Below, piece by piece: positions 7,934-12,380 of a DNA stretch of 12,380 nucleotides. How positions within the stretch are numbered: position 1 is the stretch's first letter; each line of letters begins with the position of its first letter. Both the position numbers and the translations under genes were made by a program. The DNA comes from Promethearchaeota archaeon. Lineage in GTDB: Archaea; Asgardarchaeota; Lokiarchaeia; Sigyniarchaeales; SOKP01. The stretch is taken from the NCBI GenBank assembly GCA_048938445.1, contig JBHLME010000133.1:1-12380 (forward strand). Direction: 5' to 3'. The notes below the pieces were generated by a model. That model was not told the origin of the DNA, made no database searches, and saw only the letters and a program-made list of their open reading frames with translations.

Positions 7934-8707
7934 TTATCTGTCAATGTTTAAAAATTCTTTAACTTCTTCAGTTAAAATAAAAGCATCTTTTTCATTATAA
8001 CTAAATAAATAAAACCTGTAAGTTTCATGGATTCTTTTATTTATCTTCATAGAATAAGGTACTGAACTTAAGGAATTATGAATTTCTAAAGTATCATTTT
8101 TTATTGAATTTATAGCAACCCAGTGAAAGCCATAATTTAGAGCTATACAAGGTATTGCTCCTTCCTTTTCAGTTTTCAAGTGATCTTGTAGAATCTTTAA
8201 TTTAGTTTTGTAATTTAAAACACTTGACGTAAAATCTTTTGAAGAAAAATATAAAGCACCTGTTCCATCCCATATTTCTTGCTCTTGAGGATAAAAATTA
8301 CCTCCAAAAAGATAGAAGAGTATCTTTAAATCTGGATCCTCTCTCATGGTATGTAAAGAATTCTTTAAAATTCGCTTAGAAATCTTATTATTTTCTGAAA
8401 ATTGTTTGTCTCCTAATTTATAATGCACTATAGGCATATAATAATCGACTAAATCGTGATTTTTTTCATATATATAATCTCTAATGATATTAAATCCCAT
8501 GGATTTAAGTAAAAGGTAATCTACAGCAATAGACCACTTGAATTCTTTTCGATTATGCCTCATCAAGTAATTAATTTTTTCATATAAATCGTTCAAGAAT
8601 CTCTTAAAATTTTTATTTTGTTTTGGATTTATCAACATTAGGAACGTTGAAATCCCACATGTATTATGCATTTGACTATAAATCGGTAATTGAACTTGAT
8701 TTGACAT
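7934..8707 (-). CDS. Putative papain-fold cysteine peptidase (C39-like/Josephin-like motifs)
   Basis: N-terminal YSQMHNTCG (Q12, C17) followed by a helix; C-terminal IALNYGFHWVAI (H195) and LEIHNS (N211). Together these give a Cys-His-Asn triad with an oxyanion Gln. Confidence 0.6.
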   Translation of the reverse strand: MSNQVQLPIYSQMHNTCGISTFLMLINPKQNKNFKRFLNDLYEKINYLMRHNRKEFKWSIAVDYLLLKSMGFNIIRDYIYEKNHDLVDYYMPIVHYKLGDKQFSENNKISKRILKNSLHTMREDPDLKILFYLFGGNFYPQEQEIWDGTGALYFSSKDFTSSVLNYKTKLKILQDHLKTEKEGAIPCIALNYGFHWVAINSIKNDTLEIHNSLSSVPYSMKINKRIHETYRFYLFSYNEKDAFILTEEVKEFLNIDR

Positions 8708-8770
8708 GATACTAATTACAAAATAAAGCTATTTATTTATAAAGATTTTTAGTTCGAAAATTTTAAAACT

Positions 8771-8800
8771 TTTATACACTCAATAATACATTATTGGTGA
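8771..8800 (+). promoter_or_regulatory. Putative leuCD promoter region: TATA box, palindrome and SD
   Basis: TTTATA at 8771-8776 preceded by an A-rich stretch; CAATAAT-ac-ATTATTG at 8781-8796; GGTGA at 8796-8800 ahead of ATG 8807. Confidence 0.5.
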
Positions 8801-8806
8801 GATTAA

Positions 8807-10066
8807 ATGAGTTATACATTAGCAGAAAAAATTTTATTAGAACATTCTGATGTTACGGATCTAAATCCAGGTGAATTTATAGAATGCGACATCGATCTCA
8901 TTATGGTTCATGAACAACTTGGTGGTAGGATTCATGTTGAATATGAGAAACTTGGTTTAGATAAAGTATGGAATCCTGAGAAAATTTTTTTCATATTAGA
9001 CCACTGGGTTCCTGCTCCTACAATATCTGCTGCTCAAATGCATCAAGAGGCACGAAATTTTGCAAAAAATTTTAAAATCACTCATAATTATGGTTTTCAG
9101 TTAAATCAAGGGATTTGTCATCAAGTTTTACCTGAATTGGGATTTGCTCGTCCTGGAATGCTTATAGTTGGTTCAGATAGTCATACAACCACCTATGGTG
9201 CCTTTAATTGTTTATCCACGGGTATTGGAGCAACAGATGTTTCAGTAGTATTTGCCACTGGCAAATTATGGTTTAAAGTTCCAGAAACATATAAAATTAA
9301 CTTGAGCGGGGAATTAAAAAATGGAGTAATGTCTAAAGATTTCATTCTGCAATTTATTGGTGATATTTCTACTAAAGGGGCCATTTACAAATCTTTGGAA
9401 TTTCATGGTGCAGATTCACTTTCAATAGATTCTCGCATGACAATATCAAATATGGCTGTGGAGGTTGGTGCAAAATTCGGTATCTTTTTGCCAGACTCAA
9501 AATTAGAAAGTTGGATTAAACTTCATTCAAAAGAATCATATAAAACAATAAAACCTGATGCAGAAGCTACTTATGAAAAAATTTTTAACTATGATTTATC
9601 TAAAATAACACCCATAATTTCAAAACCTTCTAATCCTGGAAATATTGATGTAGTTGAAAATCTTGAAGGAATTGAGATAGACCAAGCATTCTTAGGGAGT
9701 TGTACAAATGGAAGAATTGAGGACTTGCGTATGGCGGCAAAGATTATCAAGGGCAAGGAAGTTAATGCAAATACTAGGTTTATAATTACTCCTGCTTCCA
9801 AAGCAGTATACCAACAAGCATTAGAAGAAGGATTAATTGAGATCTTAATGAATGCTGGAGCAGTAATTACCCACTCCACGTGTGGAGCATGTATAGGTGG
9901 TCATTTAGGTGTCTTAGCTTCAGATGAGGTTTGTATAAGTTCGACTAATCGTAATTTTAAAGGGCGCATGGGGGCTCCTTCATCTCAAGTCTATTTAGCA
10001 TCTCCTGCTACTGTAACGGCTTCTGCCATAAAAGGTAAAATAACAGATCCTCGTGAGGTGTTATAA
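8807..10066 (+). CDS. leuC: 3-isopropylmalate dehydratase / homoaconitase family, large subunit
   Basis: TLAEKIL, DH, GICHQV, G.DSHT.TYGA, GSCTNGR.EDL, CGAC.G, STNRNF.GRMG and YLASP. All three 4Fe-4S Cys are present. leuC versus hacA cannot be resolved from sequence. Confidence 0.88.
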   Translation: MSYTLAEKILLEHSDVTDLNPGEFIECDIDLIMVHEQLGGRIHVEYEKLGLDKVWNPEKIFFILDHWVPAPTISAAQMHQEARNFAKNFKITHNYGFQLNQGICHQVLPELGFARPGMLIVGSDSHTTTYGAFNCLSTGIGATDVSVVFATGKLWFKVPETYKINLSGELKNGVMSKDFILQFIGDISTKGAIYKSLEFHGADSLSIDSRMTISNMAVEVGAKFGIFLPDSKLESWIKLHSKESYKTIKPDAEATYEKIFNYDLSKITPIISKPSNPGNIDVVENLEGIEIDQAFLGSCTNGRIEDLRMAAKIIKGKEVNANTRFIITPASKAVYQQALEEGLIEILMNAGAVITHSTCGACIGGHLGVLASDEVCISSTNRNFKGRMGAPSSQVYLASPATVTASAIKGKITDPREVL

Positions 10067-10069
10067 AAA

Positions 10070-10570
10070 ATGGATGAAATTTCTGGATATGCTTATATTT
10101 TAGGAGATGATATTAATACTGATGATATCGTGCCTAGCCATACACTAACAATGAGAGATCCTAAAGAAATGGCACGATGCACACTAGAATTCATTGATCC
10201 TGATTTTACTAAGGAAATTGATAAGAAAAACATCATTATTGCTGGAGAAAATTTTGGAACAGGAAGTTCTCGAGAAGAAGCTGTAAATGTTTTTAAGATG
10301 CTTGGAATAAAAGCTATAATTGCCAAATCATTTGCGAGAATTTATTTTCGTAATTTGATTAATAAGGGTATACCAGGAATTACATTAAATTGGGATGAAA
10401 CTATTTTTTCAAGGAAAGATGAGATAAAGATTTTACTTGATGAGGGAATTATTATAAATAAAACTAAAAATAAACAAACTAAATTCACGCAATTACCAGA
10501 GTTTTTGAAAAGTATATTAGAAGAAGGGGGAATAATAAACAAATTAAAGAAAAATTTTGGCAAAGGTTAA
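10070..10570 (+). CDS. leuD: 3-isopropylmalate dehydratase / homoaconitase family, small subunit
   Basis: GDDINTDDI.P, AGENFG.GSSRE.A and IAKSFARIYFRN.IN.G; lies 3 nt downstream of the large subunit, with SD GAGGTG at 10055-10060. Confidence 0.88.
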   Translation: MDEISGYAYILGDDINTDDIVPSHTLTMRDPKEMARCTLEFIDPDFTKEIDKKNIIIAGENFGTGSSREEAVNVFKMLGIKAIIAKSFARIYFRNLINKGIPGITLNWDETIFSRKDEIKILLDEGIIINKTKNKQTKFTQLPEFLKSILEEGGIINKLKKNFGKG

Positions 10571-11097
10571 AATAAAGCTTCTATATCACTTTTTATTTTC
10601 TTTATCCTACGCCTCGATTTTAAAAGAATCTCTGTTCTGCCATATTTTGAAAACCATTTCTTAAAACGCTGATCTATTGATACTTCCTTGGTTCCTTTCA
10701 TGTATTTATCGGCTAGACAGACTATTTTCTCTTCTATAGTTTTTGGAAGAAAATCTTTTTCTGGTAATCCAACTTTTTTTGCATCTTCTTTATCTAAACC
10801 CCCTAAGATATGTGTTTCACAGATTCTAATGAGTTCTTCGGAACATCCGTGTAACTTTAGAATCTTTCCTCCTTCCATTCCATGTTTAAATCCGTGAGTT
10901 TGAGTTCTTCCGATATCATGCAGTAAAGCTCCTACCTCAATTAAATTTTTATCTAATTCTATTTTTTTAATTTTATTAGCAATATTGAGAGCTTTTTTTG
11001 CGACTGAATGCGAATGATACCTTATTGAAAAAGGAAGCTTGAGTTCTCTCATTAACTCAATTGCAAACTCCCGATTCTTTGTTATCTTATTGTTCAT
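10567..11097 (-). CDS. HD-domain metal-dependent phosphohydrolase (TIGR00295-like archaeal family)
   Basis: HS..V, LLHDIG, HG..GG.IL, ICETHI..G and LP..DFLP.TIEEKIV..AD. Confidence 0.85.
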   Translation of the reverse strand: MNNKITKNREFAIELMRELKLPFSIRYHSHSVAKKALNIANKIKKIELDKNLIEVGALLHDIGRTQTHGFKHGMEGGKILKLHGCSEELIRICETHILGGLDKEDAKKVGLPEKDFLPKTIEEKIVCLADKYMKGTKEVSIDQRFKKWFSKYGRTEILLKSRRRIKKIKSDIEALF

Positions 11098-11175
11098 TAA
11101 TTTATTTTAAACTTCTGGTTTAATTATATAGTTGTGAATGATTTTTTGGCTTTAAATTTTAAGTATTTTTTATAA

Positions 11176-11667
11176 TTAGACATGTTCATATGGACCAGAG
11201 ATTAAACCGCCTATTAAACCACCAAATAATCCCCCGAATAAAGCAATAACTATTGCCCCTATAGTTTGGATTAATTGATTCTCGATAAAAAGGGACATCA
11301 AATCTACTCCTGAAGTTACACTCAATAAAATCCATAACAATATATCAATTATAATAACGATAGCTGTTGCCATTAGTGCTCTTTTGGCGCCCTTTGCAAT
11401 TGTACCGCATACATAACCAAGGAATAACCACATTACGACATGAGGAACGAAAAAGCCTAACGGGGTTTCTGATCCCGTAAAAATCGATTGAGGATCAAGT
11501 GAAAAATTTGCCGTTAATACATAAGAAAGAGCCTTAAAAATATTATATTCCCAATTTTCAAGTATTAATTCCATTAATCGCGTCATGTTAAAAAAATACA
11601 CGGTAATGAAACTTAATAATACAGAAATGAGGATTCCGAATATTAAACGATAATCTATTTTTCCCAT
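11176..11667 (-). CDS. Hypothetical membrane protein (about 4 TM, Gly-rich C-terminal helix)
   Basis: Four hydrophobic segments; C-terminal GGLFGGLIGGLISG. Confidence 0.7.
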   Translation of the reverse strand: MGKIDYRLIFGILISVLLSFITVYFFNMTRLMELILENWEYNIFKALSYVLTANFSLDPQSIFTGSETPLGFFVPHVVMWLFLGYVCGTIAKGAKRALMATAIVIIIDILLWILLSVTSGVDLMSLFIENQLIQTIGAIVIALFGGLFGGLIGGLISGPYEHV

Positions 11668-11795
11668 TATTTACTTTTTTTTTATTAATATACTTTATAA
11701 TTTTGAAATTAATTTTAATATTATCTCCAAAATCAAAAAATTAATTATTGAAGAAGATTTTTTATATTTATTAAGAATTGATATGAACATGGTTT

Positions 11796-11800
11796 AGGAG
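11796..11800 (+). promoter_or_regulatory. Shine-Dalgarno AGGAG of rps2
   Basis: 8 nt upstream of TTG 11809. Confidence 0.75.
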
Positions 11801-11808
11801 AGTTTTAC

Positions 11809-12380
11809 TTGGCCAGAAAAAAGAAGAAAGATGATAAGAAAGAAGACAAGACTCCTCAAAATTATGGAGAAGATACTAAATCAGAGTCAAAAAAAGGTAA
11901 ACTAGATGATTTTGAAGAAGATTTTGAAGAAGATCTTGATCTCGACATAGAGAAGGAACTTGAACTCATAGATACTGAAGATATTATAATCGATGAAGAA
12001 AAAATAATCGATAAGGATGAGGAATTAAAACAGTTATATCTTTCATGCGGAATTCATATAGGCACAAAATTATTATCTGGTGATGCTCGACGATTTATTT
12101 ATAGACAAACGAATTATGGTTTATACGTTATAGATTTGACTCAGACAGCGGAACGATTAGGAATAGCCGCAAAATTTTTGAGTAAATATGTTGAAGAAGG
12201 AAGTGATCGTGTAATCGTTTGTTCTGTAAGGAGATATGGTAAAGAACCAGTAAGAAAATTTTGTGAAGCGTTAGGATGTAGAGCAATCACTACTAGATGG
12301 ATACCAGGAAGTATTTCAAATCCGCTAATTGGAACCTATATTAAAGATGCTGCTGTTATTGTTATCGTAGATCCACATGC
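11809..12380 (+). CDS. rps2: 30S ribosomal protein uS2 (archaeal type), partial at the window edge, with a long charged N-terminal extension
   Basis: Not in the ORF track. My translation from TTG 11809 is MARKKKKDDKKED...LYLSCGIHIGTK...RFIYR....GLYVIDL..T.ERL.IAAKFL...RRYG..PV.KF......RWIPGSISNP....VIVIVDPH. An in-frame TGA lies upstream at 11779-11781, and SD AGGAG is at 11796-11800. Confidence 0.93.
   Translation, partial: MARKKKKDDKKEDKTPQNYGEDTKSESKKGKLDDFEEDFEEDLDLDIEKELELIDTEDIIIDEEKIIDKDEELKQLYLSCGIHIGTKLLSGDARRFIYRQTNYGLYVIDLTQTAERLGIAAKFLSKYVEEGSDRVIVCSVRRYGKEPVRKFCEALGCRAITTRWIPGSISNPLIGTYIKDAAVIVIVDPH
11908..11934 (+). repeat. 12-bp in-frame tandem duplication (GATTTTGAAGAA x2 + GAT) in the uS2 N-terminal extension
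   Basis: Seen directly in the sequence; encodes DFEEDFEED. Confidence 0.8.

Noticed and set aside
9193-10563. Four short minus-strand ORFs (63, 96, 77 and 73 aa)
   Set aside because: Antisense to well-supported leuC/leuD.
10688-10897. 69-aa plus-strand ORF
   Set aside because: Antisense to the HD hydrolase.
1-12380. CRISPR array, tRNA, rRNA, IS elements or a guide ncRNA for the HNH-like protein
   Set aside because: Intergenic gaps are all about 140 bp or shorter and AT-rich, with no periodic repeats or structured GC-rich segments. The HNH-like gene has no visible RuvC motifs and a 65-bp downstream gap; upstream context beyond the window is unseen.

Overview
AT-rich, gene-dense archaeal chromosomal window. 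Archaeal-type uS2, a TIGR00295-like HD protein, archaeal LeuC/D-family subunits, TATA-type promoters and LITAF-like proteins suggest an Asgard (Lokiarchaeia/Promethearchaeota-like) genome; this is inference, not a database result. Housekeeping genes: aroE, a DUF362 Fe-S protein, tmk, a LeuC/LeuD (or HacA/HacB) pair, an HD hydrolase, and a 3'-truncated rps2 that the ORF track missed. Unusual items: (1) a 775-aa protein with three TFIIB/TFB-like cyclin-fold repeats fused to a C-terminal HNH-like nuclease motif; (2) three tandem small proteins with a LITAF-like domain plus a C-terminal zinc ribbon; (3) a papain-fold Cys-His-Asn protein whose motifs resemble Josephin deubiquitinases; (4) an M28 peptidase interrupted by two membrane hairpins; (5) a long charged N-terminal extension on uS2. 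No tRNA, rRNA, CRISPR array or recognisable transposase was seen. All domain calls were made by eye from motifs.
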